Positions 11,965-25,130 of a stretch of DNA of 64,000 nucleotides are shown one piece after another. The DNA comes from Lama glama (taxonomy: Eukaryota). Location: the NCBI GenBank assembly GCA_028534125.1, contig CM052817.1, forward strand, positions 107,758,001 to 107,822,000. Direction: 5' to 3'. The notes beneath the pieces are model-generated. The model did no database searches and had not been told where the DNA came from. It saw nothing but the letters and a program-made list of their open reading frames with translations. The number at the start of each line of letters is the position of its first letter. Positions within the stretch are counted from its first letter, which is position 1. The translations under genes were made by a program, and so were the position numbers.

Positions 11965-12402
11965 TGTTGTAGGAGAATAGGTTCTTGCCTCGGGCAGGAA
12001 AGAATTCAAGAGTGAGGCATCGTAAAGTGAAATCAAGTTTATTTAGCTAGATATACACTCTATAGACAGAGTGGGCTGCCTCAGAAGTCAAGAGAGAGAG
12101 AGCAACCACAAGGTCTGGGGTGGGTAGTTTTCATGGACTCAGTAATTTCATTTGTTAATAAGTAGGAGGATTATTCCAACTACTTGAGGAAGGGGTGGGG
12201 TTTCCAGGAATTGGGCCCCGCCCACTTTTGGACCTTTTACAGTCAGCCCAGGCACTGTCATGGCACCTGTGGGTGAGCATGAGGCTCAGGGTCTACTGGG
12301 AGTCGAATCTTCTGCCATCTTGGTTCTAACCAGTCTATCCTGTTCTCAACTGCTGTGTCATTCCTTCAATGGTTGTGCCCTGCCCCCTTTCCCCCTGTCC
12401 CA
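11965..12402 (-). mobile_element. MER41-like ERV1 solo LTR
   Basis: TG...CA termini, perfect TSD TTAC (11961-11964, 12403-12406). The minus strand reads aataaacttgatttcacttt...gaattctttcctgcccgaggcaagaacc, like the MER41 R/U5 region. Confidence 0.85.
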
Positions 12403-12879
12403 TTACCTTGTGGACATGGGACACCTGTGTGCCTGGATCTCTCCCTGCACCTCCAGCACCTCGTCCTCCATCTTCTCTGGGTCCAGGGAAAGCGTGAGTC
12501 TTCCTTGTCGGGAAGTACATTAGCTTCTTCAGCAAGGCACGTGCAGTCAAGGTCAAGGGGTGACTCATGGGCTCAGGTTCTTGTTTGTCCTCATGTGTCC
12601 CAGCTCATTTTTGTGGGTTCCAATGTGAATTCACAGGTTCCCATTTTCTCTCTTTCTGCCCCCATTTTATGCCTCATTTTCCTTCTTGAATGCCAGTTTC
12701 AGTGCTGTCACTGGACGTGGAGACCATGGACTCTCATGGATTTTGTCAGCAGCCTTCACAGTTGAGGAAGATTTTATCTTAGTAACAAATCCCCTTTTCT
12801 TTATGGCTTAAGGTTGTTGTACTTCCCGAGTCAAAACCTAATGCAGATAGGTTCTCTTTTCCTCTTCCCAATATGACAA

Positions 12880-13200
12880 GGGTAACTTCCAATGACATCC
12901 TCCCAGGTTCAAGTCTACAGGAAAAGCTTTATGTCTCTTTTGAGTCCTGAGATCTCTTCTTATTGGATCACCTTGGGTCACCTGGTCATTTCCTACCAAC
13001 CTCTGCAACCAGGAAGGGGGAAAATGGTCCATACTGGCTAAGCCTGGTTCATATATCCACCCTTAAATTAGTCAGCACTGTCTAGAGAATTCAATATATT
13101 GACTGGCCAACCCTGAGCCACATGCTCTTGTTCTGAAAAAGTGGGTACCCTGAGCGACAAGGGATTGATTTCCAAAAGAGTTCAGAATGTTACCAGAGAG
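12880..13200. mobile_element. Old MaLR (MLT1-like) fragment
   Basis: cttattggatcaccttgggtcac...ctggctaagcctggttcatatatccaccc resembles the MLT1 J/K type; highly degraded. Confidence 0.35.
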
Positions 13201-13532
13201 AGAGGAATCAGGGAGTGTTCACTACAGGAGCGACTCTAATCTGTGTAGGTTATGTCTGGACATATTTTATAGTAAAGGAGAGTCATTAGGGTTTCTAGAA
13301 GTAGAGGACTCTGATCACCCAGTGGGCTGCTAATGCTTCTTTTCTCAGGACCATATTTCATGTGATTTTATTTTCTCCCTCCCAGAACTGTGCCTACAGC
13401 ATCGTAGTTGCTAAAAAATCATCAGAATGTTGGATAATATGACCTCTGTTTCTGAAAGAAGGTCAGATGTTGTGTGGAGGATGGATAAGTGGAAAATCAT
13501 TAAGCCAGAAGGATGGTTCTGCCTAGAAGGAA

Positions 13533-13660
13533 GGGGGAGGGTATGGCTCAGTGGTAGAGTGTGTGCTTAGCATGCACATGGTCCTAGGTTCAATCCCCAG
13601 CACCTACATTAAAAATAAAGATAAATAAACCTAAAATTTTAAATAGAATTAAAAAAATAA
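13533..13660 (+). mobile_element. Camelid tRNA-derived SINE (Vic-1-like)
   Basis: ggggagggtatggctcagtggtagag...ggttcaatccccagcacc followed by an A-rich tail. Confidence 0.9.
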
Positions 13661-16600
13661 AAGAAGATGGAAAGAGAAGGGCTCAAGGCTGGGATTTTGA
13701 GATGCACCAATGTTTAAGGGCAAAGGAGGAAGCGGTGACAAAGGAAATTGAGAAACAGCAGTAAAAATGGTTAAAGATATTGGAGTAAGTCCATCTTGTG
13801 ACTTCATGAGGCCAAGCCATGGACAAGCCCTCTGAGGAAAATGGAATGTTTATATGCTGAAGCAATTTTTAAATGCATTCATGGTTGTGCATGGCTCTGA
13901 GCAAATGAGAAATGGATTTTTTTTTTAATAGGAAGGAAGTTTGGATGAACAACTAAACATAAAAGGGTATATTTTATTTGAAAATACACACAACTTTAAA
14001 GACAGGAACCGAGGAAGATGTAATCTGCTCCTAGGGGAAGAAAAAAGTTATATAAAGATTTGACAATTCATCAAAGTTTATCACAGGATTCCCAGATGAA
14101 TCTAGCTTTCAGTACATACTCTAACATCAACATTTAACTTCGAACATTGCACGTGACATTTGGGAACACGCCAACCTTGTTATTCATCAGTAACACTCTT
14201 AAGTGATTCCTAATAAGAAACACATGTTTCACGTATCATAAATACATTTGTTATTCTTCTGTTGCTTCTCATTTTTAGAATTAATTTTCTTGACTCAGCT
14301 CCTGAGTGTTCATTTAACCAGGGCCACCACCCAAACAGAAAACCTCAGTGAAGTTCAGGCTCTGTGACTGGTACTCCAGCCTCCTGGGAAGACAGTGTGG
14401 AGTTGTAATCCATTGTATGCTGTCTAACTCTGATGGACAGAGTAAGCGACGTTCTCATGGCTTGACTCTCTAATAACAGATGTGCAAAAAAACAAATCGT
14501 GTCATGATTGGTTTGGGAATTTCAAACCTAAAACTGGCACCAGTCAAGTATGAATTATAAAGTTCAAAGCATCATACAGATATTAGCGGCATTCTTTTGT
14601 TCACAGAACATCAGCACGTAGGCACAACAATTACTGCCACACCACATATACTTATTAAATCCTGGTAGTTAGATAATGTCTGTCTCAGTTGTAACGGTAT
14701 TTTTTTTCTATCCTTTGTTCTTTCTGCCAAGGTATTAGAACTTACCAACTTGCAGTTTTTATTTTTGAGTAAATTTCAAAAAGAAAAAAGCAATGACATG
14801 CAAAAAACCCCACTATAATAAAGAACAATTAAAAGAAAAGTGAAGCTGCTAGTTACAGGTTGTTCATGAATTGGGGCAATGTTAGTGAGATATTTCAGTG
14901 CCCAGCATATCAAATTAATTACAATGACTCTCAGCCTTTTCTTTACATAAGATTTCCAAGTTGGCTTTTTTTAATACACATCAAAATAAAACTCTGATGC
15001 TATGAAGACAGAATTCAAACTGTAAGGCAAAAGTTGTCAACAAAATGTGAACTTTCATCGACTAAACTTTTGGGATTAAAAAAAGCTGGAACATTGTGCT
15101 GTACACCAGAAACTGACACATTGTAACTGACTATACTTCAGGCAAAAAATAGTCATTATGATGTATAATTATAAACTTTTATAAATCACTGGAAAAATAA
15201 TAAAAATGAGAACGCTACATTACAAAAGTGATAGAATTGACTCAAAGCCAAACTCGAATGTGATTCTATGATTAAGCAATAACACAAAAATGAACCAAGC
15301 CTTCAATTTAGAATAGTCTGGAAAAAACTTGTAAAGTCACATTCTTCCCTCCTCTGCCTCCAAGAAAAGAAGGGAGGGAAAAAAGAAACATGTAGGAAGG
15401 GAAGAGTTATTAGAAGTGAATGTACAAAGTAAGAAAATATAACAGAATAGCAAAGGAAATAAAAGAATTAATTCTTCTGGAAAAAAAATTGGAAAGTTAA
15501 ATTTCTGCTAACTGTAATCAGGAAGTACTAATTTTTTCCTGAGAAAGGAGGAATAAAACAACATATAAGAAGGAGATTAAATTATAAGACATTACCGGAT
15601 ATTCCTCAATGCTATGACATTTGAAATTTTCTATGAAATAAGTAATTTTGTAGAAGGTAATAAACATCTCCAAGTATACCAAGAAATAGGAAATGAAATG
15701 AAAAAAATACATATTGAAAAATTATTTGCACATAAAACTCTGAATAGAAACAGATGGCATTACAGATGTACAAGGAACAGAGTCAACATTTCCATGCCAA
15801 GTCGTGGAGTCAAGAGCTTAGAAAAGGATGGAAAACGGTCCCCTTCAGCCTTTGAAGGTAATGGTGTTCTGAAAGTGGAGAGCAATCATTTTTTATGATC
15901 GTGAAAGTGAAAATTCAAAATAAAACCTTAGTGTATTGCATAAAACAGACTATGAAGCAAATGAGACTATTTTCACATAGTTTTTATTCCGTGAGAGGAA
16001 TCAATATTAGAAACATGTGATCTAACACATTTGTGTGTCCAATAAGAAAAAAAATCACCCATTTCAGAAGAGGCTAAAAGTATATTTGATCATCTTCAAT
16101 ACATACTGTGGGTCAAAGCTCTTGGAAAATGAGGACTAGAAAGATCTTTCTTTGATTCCAGTCATTTTCCTGTGTCCAAACCAGCCATCTACTTTCATGG
16201 GTCCACCCTCTACTCTCTTGTCATTAGTCTCTAATTGAAACTTGTTTTTGTTTTTGGTTTTGAATAAACACACATTTTATTTTTCTGGTTCACTTTCTCC
16301 ACAAATCCCCGGGCGACCATTGTGTGACTAGTACAAGTCTTCAATTCATTTCTCCTGCTACATTATTTTCCGCCTCCCGCACCGTCACTTACCTTTCGGT
16401 CTGTTAACCCAACTGCTTACCTACATGGTACTTGCAGCCTGATCGCAGAACTCAGAAAAAGTGTAGCTGATTTCACTCCAAGTTACCCACATGCCGCAAA
16501 ACGTGCTCAACCCCATCTGAGACTCCTACTCAGTTTCCCGTAATCTGAGATGAGTTTGCTGCCCCATCTTCTCTCCTTGAAGTTGACCCCATCTCCTCTG

Positions 16601-17399
16601 GCAAGCCTCACTATCAGAAAACGATTCAGTTTTATAATTTCTGGATTAACTAGATGCAGGGTTATAAGACCCTCTTCTTGACTCATCTACAAATATAAAA
16701 ACATAGCTGTGTGTGTATGGATGATGTGCACTCTGCTTGTTAAAATGGGAGAGGGGTCCCTGCTCCAAGCAGACCAACTCCTCCACCGTGTTTTGTCACT
16801 TTCACACACACAATTTGACACCTCTCTTCACTCTGCTTGTTAAGATGGACGTGCCCCTGCACTCATCACAGGTGCGCCTGACGGTTCACCTGAATTCTAG
16901 CCCTTGGTCCTCCTCAAGGGTTCATCCATCTGCCTCCGCTATGGAGCACAGGTCTCTCCCCAACACCTAGTTCACAACGACTGGGATACAGTCAGATCCT
17001 CAGCGTGTCTCTCGACCATCTCTGCTCGAAGAGCGACCACAGTTACAACAAAGACAATAAAACTTTGACTCTGCATTAATTTAGTTTCTCTGTATTTTTC
17101 TCAGCATCACTATACATCACTGTCCTCACTCATTGCCCCGATTTCATTCCCCCCTTCACTGTTTTAATATCATTTTTTTTTGAGAAGGCAATACATGATG
17201 TGGTACAAAATTCCAGCAGTACAAAATGTCAGTTTAAAGTGATCTCTAATACTTAGGTCTCTCTTTCTTAAAGTGATATTTTTCTGCTTAATGATTGATC
17301 ACTGAGGTCTCTCATGGAAGTCACATAAGTGTGCCTCACTATTTTCAAGTCCTTTGTGGCTTGCTGTCCCATAGACGCCACTCTGAAAATTTTGTCATT

Positions 17400-19260
17400 A
17401 CATCTTTACAGCATGTGTTTATAGAGTAAACCTTTAAAAATGGAATTGTCAAATCTGAGGATATGTTTATTTACAATTTTGATAGTTGTTGTGAAATTGT
17501 CTTCCAGAGGGTTGTACCAACTTGTGATGATACTAACACAAGGGTGTGAATGCTATGTTCTTGTTAATACGGTGCATTAACAAAATTTTGCTTTTCACCA
17601 AAAGCATTAACTGAAAACTTGGTATCCAAAGGTAATTTTTAAAAACAGCTTTATTGAGGGATAATTGATCCACAAATGACTGTACCTGTTTACCACGTAT
17701 ATTTCAGTGAGTCTGGCCATATGCAAACGTGCATGAAACTGTCATCACAATCAAGGAAACAAACATGTCTCACCCCTCCCCAAACCTCCTTGTAGCCCTT
17801 TGTGTGTGTGGTAATGACACTTAGCATCAGATCTACCCTCTTAACAAAATTTAAAGTGCACAGCGTTGTGTTGTTTCCTCTAGGCACATGAAGTTTCAGT
17901 TATGCAGTCAGAATGTAAATTACAATTTACACTCATTTTGTTATGATTGAGCGTGATCAGAGCTTGAAAATTTAAAAGGCTTTGTATTTCTTTCCTCTAA
18001 CTCCGTCACCCTACACAGTTACAAAGCATTTTTTCTTGTGACTAGAACTGTTAATGTCTACTCTCTCTGCAACTTTCAAATATATGACCCAGTGTTATTA
18101 ACTACAGTCACCATTCTGTACCTTACATTCCTGTGACTTATTTATTTTGTAGCTAGGAGTTTGTACATTTTGACCCCCTTCACCTATTTCACCCAGCCCC
18201 GACTCCCCACCTCTGGCAACTACTAACATTTCTCTGTATTTTAAATTTTTTTTAGATTTCACATATAATTGAGACATATGATATTTGTCTTTCTCTGACT
18301 TATGTCACTTACAGTAATGCCCTTAAGGCCTTCATGTTGTCACAAATAGAAAGATTTCCTTAGTTTTCATGGCTGAATAATATTCCATTACATATATATA
18401 CATATCACATTTTCTTTATCCATCCATCCATCGATGGACACCTATGTTGCTTCTCTAACTTGTCTATTGTAAATAACACTGCAATGAACATGAGGATGCC
18501 TCTTATCAGATATTTGTTACTAAAATACCTGAGCCATTAAATCTGCAATTTGTTGCTTTTTATTTTTGCTGCCATGGAAAACTCTTTAACTTTGATGAAC
18601 TCCAGTTTATCAATATTTCCTTTAATTGATTCTGCATCTTGCTTACAAAGATTTTCCACTATGCTTCAAAAGACATTTGAATGACTGTAAGAGAATTTTT
18701 CAATGTTTTCCTTTCACATCTATGATTTTTTTTTTTAGCTTTGAAAACACTGATCTTACTGAAACTTATTTAGTAGGAGGGTTGGGAGAGGGAGTCTGCT
18801 TCACTTATTTTCTCCAGATGTTCTCCCGGGACCCCACCATCGCCTCATCCAGACCCACCCTACTCCCTCACCCTGCTGATTTACGATGCCACTTTCACGA
18901 GCGATCAGCCGTCCATACGCATTTAGGACCACGTCTGGTTCTTTGTTATATTGACTGTTTGTGGCCAGTACCAATTTTTTTTTTTTTGCTGTTTTACAAC
19001 ATTTTATACTATCTCATGGCCACTCTAGCTCATTTGGTCTTCTGCTTCATATTTTTTTGGACATTGCTGTAAGTGTTTTTGTTGTGGTTTTGTTTTTTTG
19101 TTTTGTTTTCTGTATAGAGTTCAGAATCCCATGCGGTAAGTTCCACAAAAAATTCTTGAGTAAATTTGTTAGGATCACGTTAAATAGATAAATTATCTTA
19201 GGGGAAGTAGTTATACTGACAACGAGTCATCTCATCAAAGAACAGATACAAAGGGAATTC
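17400..19260 (-). mobile_element. Mosaic of old L1M fragments (L1MB-like ~17640-17885; L1MA9-like ~18000-18500)
   Basis: Typical antisense L1 3'UTR and ORF2-end words: cagctttattgag..., ggctgaataatattccatt..., gatggacacct...; no intact ORF. Confidence 0.7.
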
Positions 19261-19449
19261 AACTTGTTTAATTTCTCCTTTATGAGTTAGTTTTTCCTTT
19301 ATAACTTGGTTTTATTTAGTGTTTTACTAATAGAAATTTTGTGGGTTTCTGTTTAGACTCAGTCGCAATTTGACGCTACCTAGAATTTTTAAAAATGATA
19401 CTTTCTAGCTGCTTATCATTTCAATCCCTGTTTCACTCAAGTGTGGCTT

Positions 19450-19760
19450 CTGTGCCCACCAGCCCTGGGAATGTTTCTTGCCAAAGTAACCAGTGGCCTC
19501 TCTCCTGCAGAACCCAGTCCAAGGGCCATTTCTCCATCTTTCTTTTGGTGTTCAGCAGCATTGGGACGTACACCCAACCCCTCCTCCCTGGAAATCTCCC
19601 CTCTTGGGGCTTCTCTGACGCCACCTTCTCCAGCTGTTCCTCGACCTGCCTCACTAGGAACTTTCCTCTGCCTGCTCTGCCGTCCCTTCCTCCTTACCTG
19701 GTGCTCAGGGCTGGTGATGCTGTGGGTCCTTGTCTCTCCTCTCGCTGCATCAGCTCTCTC
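19450..19760 (+). mobile_element. L2 ORF2 (RT region) remnant
   Basis: Resembles the region encoding L2 'LDLSAAFDTVDH' (ttcagcagcattgggacg...ctcctccctggaaa...cttggggcttctctgac); degenerate. Confidence 0.55.
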
Positions 19761-20716
19761 CCCGTGACTTCCTTCTGCCTGCTGCACACTGGCTTACATG
19801 CTGTATCAGGACTGTTGTTAGAGACTGAGGTTTTTAAAACCACCATCCCTCCATTGAATCATTGTTTCTCTGGGAAAAGGTTGCCCATAAACCTCCAAAA
19901 GAAGGTACATCTGTGACACATTTTCAGAAGAGATAACTGACTCCTTCACACATATTATGGGAACGGAGATTTTCACAGTTGAGACAGTACAACTGGCAAA
20001 ATGGTGCAAACTTTACCTTGACTCTAGCAAAGCCATAAATTGTACAACTTCTACTTGGAATGCCCCAAACAGCCTAATCTAAATTCATTAGCAAAAGTTA
20101 GGGACAATTTGCATCTTCCTCTCTGTCCTCTCAACTAACCAAGATGTATGCCACAGAAAAATACTTCCCACTGGACCTATAGTATAAGACAAAACCACCA
20201 ACCAAAACAAGCTAAGAAAAAAAAAGTTATCTGACTTTCGAAAACAAACATCAGCGGATTTTGCAATCATTGCCTGGGTTTCATATGTACCTAGAACTGG
20301 CTTCAAGATTTGTGTCAAGGATTAATAACTCTTTTATATCTGATAATTGCTCTGATGCTTTTGGAAGAAGTATTCTATTCTGCACTTCAAACGTTGCTAA
20401 TGTCACATTAGAGTCTCAACAACTCATCTGGGCACAGAAAGAGCAGGTGACAAACCCTAGTTGGACTACAGACTGCTTTCTCCAGGCAAACCTCGGGATC
20501 AGAAACATCTCTCTGAGCCCCGAGGGAGAACTGGGCAGGAGAATGCAGGTCCCAATGTCTGGGGCTGGCTGGTGCTGCCGGCGAGCTGGGTGCTCGCGCT
20601 GGCCTGCCCCTTGCTGATGCGCCTTGTGCTTTTCTTCAGGTTGTAAACTATTTCCTAGAACTTTAACACCAGACAAGGCCGCTTGGTGACCAGGATGAAT
20701 CAAGACAAAACAAGAT

Positions 20717-20818
20717 GAGAGTCAGTGGAGGGTACAGCTCAGTGGTAGAGTGCATGCTTAGCATGCAGGAGGTCCTGGATTCAATCCCCAGTACCTCTGT
20801 CAAAATGGGGAAAAAAAA
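20717..20818 (+). mobile_element. Camelid tRNA-derived SINE (Vic-1-like)
   Basis: A and B boxes, poly(A), perfect 15-bp TSD aagacaaaacaagat (20702-20716, 20819-20833). Confidence 0.93.
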
Positions 20819-21003
20819 AAGACAAAACAAGATCCCTCTTAATCAGGTCTGAATAGAGACAAAACATAAACACTGTCCCAAAACACAAAACACAAAGTCG
20901 TTCCCTCATCTTGGCTAAGGTCAGCTCCTGCCATTTTCCACTCACAGATTTAGTTTCAGTCTGGTCTTCTCTCCTCCTGGATAAGATTCTCTCTCACACA
21001 CAC

Positions 21004-21207
21004 ACTACTATATATAAAATAGGTAAACAACAGGGACCTACTGTACAGCACAGAGAACTACATTCAATTTCTTGTTATAACCTATAATAGGAAGGAATCT
21101 GGAAAGGAAATACGTACATGCATGTATATGTATAACTGAATGGCATTGCTGTACACCTGAAACTAACACTGCAATCAACTACACCTCAATAAAAAATTTA
21201 AAAAAAA
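21004..21207 (+). mobile_element. Truncated L1 3' end
   Basis: Same L1 tail as at 9848, ending in AATAAA and an A tail. Confidence 0.88.
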
Positions 21208-22713
21208 GATGTACTGTATAAATGATCATAGTTGTACCTCAGAAAAAGTGAAGTCTTAAAATTATTTCTGCTTCCTGTCCACATCTCATCTACAACAAAC
21301 CTGATTTCCTCAAACCTTCTCGAAAGTCTTCTGACATGAACTCAAGTTCTTTCATCGTGAGCTTTACCGATAAAAATGGATAAACTATCAATCTGTAAAA
21401 ATTCTTCATATGACTACTTTATAGTTAGGTGCCTGCTTATTAAGAAAAGTGAGTGCATTCAGCCCGTGCTCCATGGGAGACAAGGCAAATTATAGCATTT
21501 TCAATGGACAGGGGCATAATCAGGTAATGAGATTCTTTCTCATTGTATTGACTGAATAAATTAAATGTCAGAGAGAGGCAAAATTGGTATATGACATGGT
21601 CTGAACTCAAGATTTTGGTAATAATTTTCAATATAAAAAATTTCTATCACAGTGGTTCATATATATCAGCGTTTTGTAGTGTTATGTAACATTTTGTGTG
21701 TTTATTTATTTGTATACTAACTACATTTCAGTTATGGAAGCCTAGTACTTTTATCACATATTTTCTTCATCCTGTTCTATACCTAGTATAGGAATTTTTT
21801 GACACTGAATCATTTTAATATTATTTACCAATTCATGTTAGTGTCTTTTAGAATTATGTAGTTTACTCAAAATTAGTGACTTTTTGCATGTATCAGGGAT
21901 CAGATAGACACATATAACACCAAATGACCAAACTGAAAGAGCAATAAACTTGCATCATTAAATATTTTAAATGTTTAAAATTTCAGAAAGGAAATATTTT
22001 TTATACTTGTACTAACTGAAGGCTGTTCTATCATTACAAATGCACTTTGATATAAACTGAAAATCAAGGCAAGCAGAAAAAAAAATGTGTGCAAGAGTCC
22101 AGGATCCACTGAGATAATCCACCTTTATCATTTTTAAGATTCAGTGAAATATTGGCTTCTTTGGCCTTGCCTCGTTCTTGACTAACAAGTGACTTCCTCT
22201 TCCACATTTACGCTGCTTTAATTAATCTCAGTTGCAAGGGCTCGACTTTCTGGAGGAAGAGACGAGCTGTTGTGCTCTGTAAACACTTTCTGTGGGTGCC
22301 TGGACACAAGAGGAGATGAATGAACAAATGAAAGATCTTCCCTAGGACTGCCGGTTTACCAAGAGCAAACAGACGGTGGAAGCCTCTTTGTTTTGGTTTC
22401 CATCTTGCCTTCGGAGGAAATGCCTAGCCTGGACTGTTCTTTGTTTACAAAAGTCACGAGGAATCAGTCTTTTTTCAGAGCTGATGATTGTTTTTTTGCA
22501 AGGGAAATGTGAGGAAAAAGGAATGTAGTTAAGAGACAGAAGTACTGTGTTTGGGCTATACTGTTGGATTTAAATCTCAAACTCCAATACCATTCTATGC
22601 TACTCTGGCAAAAATTTGGGCAATATTTACCTCGTCAATTTGTGTCATCATCACTGCCTGTGCTGCTTGGTTTTCACTAGGTTTTCCTCCAATGCTAAGA
22701 AATATATTGAACT

Positions 22714-23232
22714 TGTAACAGGGAAGAAGAAATCTGACTCCACATTAGATCTGTTCCTTTAGCTCTAACCCTGTGCTCTGCTTCCTGGGCTCAGTCATGC
22801 TGGTCCTTCACCTTTTGTAAAAGAATGTTGCCTAGAGCCTGAAACAGACAGGAGAGCCCATCCTCAAGGCTCTGACCTTTAAGGGTGCAACACTTTTCCA
22901 TTCATAAAGAGATAAAAAGTTGCAGAACAGAGAATAGCATTTGTCTTGTTAGAGGTTTACAGGGACACCATGAGCTGACCCTTGTGGACAGCTGCAAGAA
23001 CAAAGGATTCCAACACCAAGAAGTTTGCAACAAGTGACCACATCCCCCCTCTTTTTAGTATAAAAGGAGCCTGAATTCTGACTTGGGGAAGATGGTTCTC
23101 CAGGACATTAGTCTGCCATTGTCTTGGTCTGCCCACTTCCCAAATAAAGTCATTATTCCTTGTCCCAAAACCTCATCTCCCGATTTTATTGGCCTGTCAT
23201 GTGGTGAGCAGAATGATGTGGACTCAGTAACA
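22714..23232 (+). mobile_element. ERV1-like solo LTR
   Basis: TG...CA termini, perfect TSD AACT (22710-22713, 23233-23236), TATAAAA at ~23059, AATAAA at ~23143; same family as 7236-7752. Confidence 0.93.
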
Positions 23233-23409
23233 AACTGACTTTCCTCGCTTTAAATCCTTTGGTATAACTCCCATTATAATTCTGGTTTTGTGTCAGTACT
23301 CTGTCTCAACGTAAGAACACTGGGCATTGAGTTCTTTTCGGTTCAACAAATATTTATCACGGATAAACTTTAAATGCAAAAACAATGGTAATTGTGTATG
23401 CTGTATTAG

Positions 23410-23860
23410 GGCATTTGGACTGTATTCTGTAGGTTCAGGGAGACTTTTGTAGGTTTTTAGGAAGTGGAGTAAAATAATGCTGTCTCTTAGTGTTCTGAGA
23501 ACAATGTAGATAATGTTTTTGAGAGGAGTTACTGTAGGTGACATACCATGTCTTTTACAAGGAAAGAGTCAGGAAATATTTACAAGATAAAAATAGCAGA
23601 GCTGGGCGGCTGGCTACGAGAGGTGGCGAGGGAGGGGACACAGGCAGTTTTTCATCTTGGACGAGGAGATGGAGCACGTCACCAGGATGGGAAGTAAAGA
23701 GGAAGAGCAGGTTTAGATGCAGTTGGGTGAGTTCAGCTTTGAACACATGGACCTGCAGGTACTTCCATGTACTTGCACCCTAGTGGAAATCTGCAGCAGC
23801 CATGGTTACAGGGAGAAATATGGGCTGTTAAATAGATCTAGGAGACATTAGCAGCAGATA
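23410..23860 (-). mobile_element. L2 fragment
   Basis: L2-like words: ggaagagcaggttt...gagttcagctttgaacacatg... Confidence 0.5.
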
Positions 23861-24998
23861 AATAGGGAGTCTGTAATGATAGCCAGGGTTCTTTATTTTT
23901 AAATCTTTTTGTGTTCCTCCATTTCCAAATGGACCAGCCCCAAACATATTTACTTGTTTGATAAGTATCCTTTGTTACTCCTTTAATTTCTAAGTTCCAA
24001 GGAAAGAAACTACAAGGTTGCCAAGATCTTCAATAGGCACTAAGCAAAGTCAACATAACACAGTCAAGATTAATATCAGAAGGGTGATGTAATAAAACAA
24101 ACACAATTTTACTTTGTTAATTGACAACTCTAGTGTTCTGTTACTTTGTGTATTTAATTTGCAAAGAAACCTCCATGAAACTGGATGTTTTCTGGAATCT
24201 TACAACCCACTAGAATAAACACTGAGATAATGCAAAAGAATTAGGGTGCCCAGCACATTTTAATATGAATTTTGAAATGTGAAATAAGAGTAGGGTATAT
24301 CTCACACAAGCAAAATTTGTAATAAGTTTAAAATTTCCTTCCAACATTAATTTGTTGATGCTCATTTAATAAATTTCTGAATATGTTTATACAACAAATT
24401 GAGAATTCAAAAAGGAAGAGGTAAATTATTATTAGACTTTCTTATTAACTTATTAAAAATATTTAAAATATTTTCTATTAGTAGTAATGGGTACTGAAAT
24501 TATAAGTTGTATAATATTTTGGTCTTTATAAACATTTGCATGTTTCCTAAAGTCCCAGAAAATAACTTCATATTTAAAGAGGGATAAATCTTGTTTCATT
24601 TATACTGCTCTGGATAGGGAAACAAAAATTATCAGGAAACATCTGGTCTCTCTGAAAAAGCAGAAATCCCACAGAAAATCTCAGTTGACTTATTTCACAA
24701 CAATTTCCTTAAAAAAAAAACTGGAACTACCATTATCATTGGAAAGTAACCCAATAAAAGTGTATCTTTCTATTTCTTGAGAATACCTGAGAACCCATTG
24801 TTCACTGAAAACCAAATGAAAGCAGGAGTCAACTCTCCAAAAGATGACAAGATGGTACAACTTTGTATTCCAAGATATGATGTAAGAGCCAAGGCTGTAG
24901 GAATCACAGAAACATCTGGGAAAAGCACTGGTCCTTTGTGTACCCTGGTGTCCCTTGAACTTGCAGTCTTATTACCCTGCATTAAGAATCAGCATTTG

Positions 24999-25088
24999 GT
25001 TGTTGTCAGGGAGTGGGGGGGTGTAGCTCAGTGGTAGTACACGAGGTCATGGGTTCAATCCCCAGTGACTCCATTAAAGAAAAAAAAA
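24999..25088 (+). mobile_element. Vic-1-like SINE with internal deletion
   Basis: A and B boxes, poly(A), perfect 15-bp TSD aagaatcagcatttg (24984-24998, 25089-25103); lacks the segment equivalent to the anticodon arm. Confidence 0.9.
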
Positions 25089-25130
25089 AAGAATCAGCAT
25101 TTGAATTCACATCTTTTTTCCAATCTTTGC

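Larger units (their letters stand above)
20642..21350 (+). mobile_element. Old ERV LTR interrupted by a SINE and an L1 tail
   Basis: LTR-like sequence (tttaacaccagacaaggcc...atcaagacaaaacaaga...) continues on both sides of the inserts; family uncertain. Confidence 0.35.

Noticed and set aside
13533..13610. tRNA-Ala-like sequence (also at 8658, 20717, 25015, 31286, 34516)
   Set aside because: A-rich tails, TSDs on most copies and imperfect cloverleafs mark these as SINEs, not tRNA genes.
19395..19916. 173-aa ORF
   Set aside because: It overlaps a decayed L2 fragment, is low-complexity Ser/Pro-rich and has no intact RT motifs.
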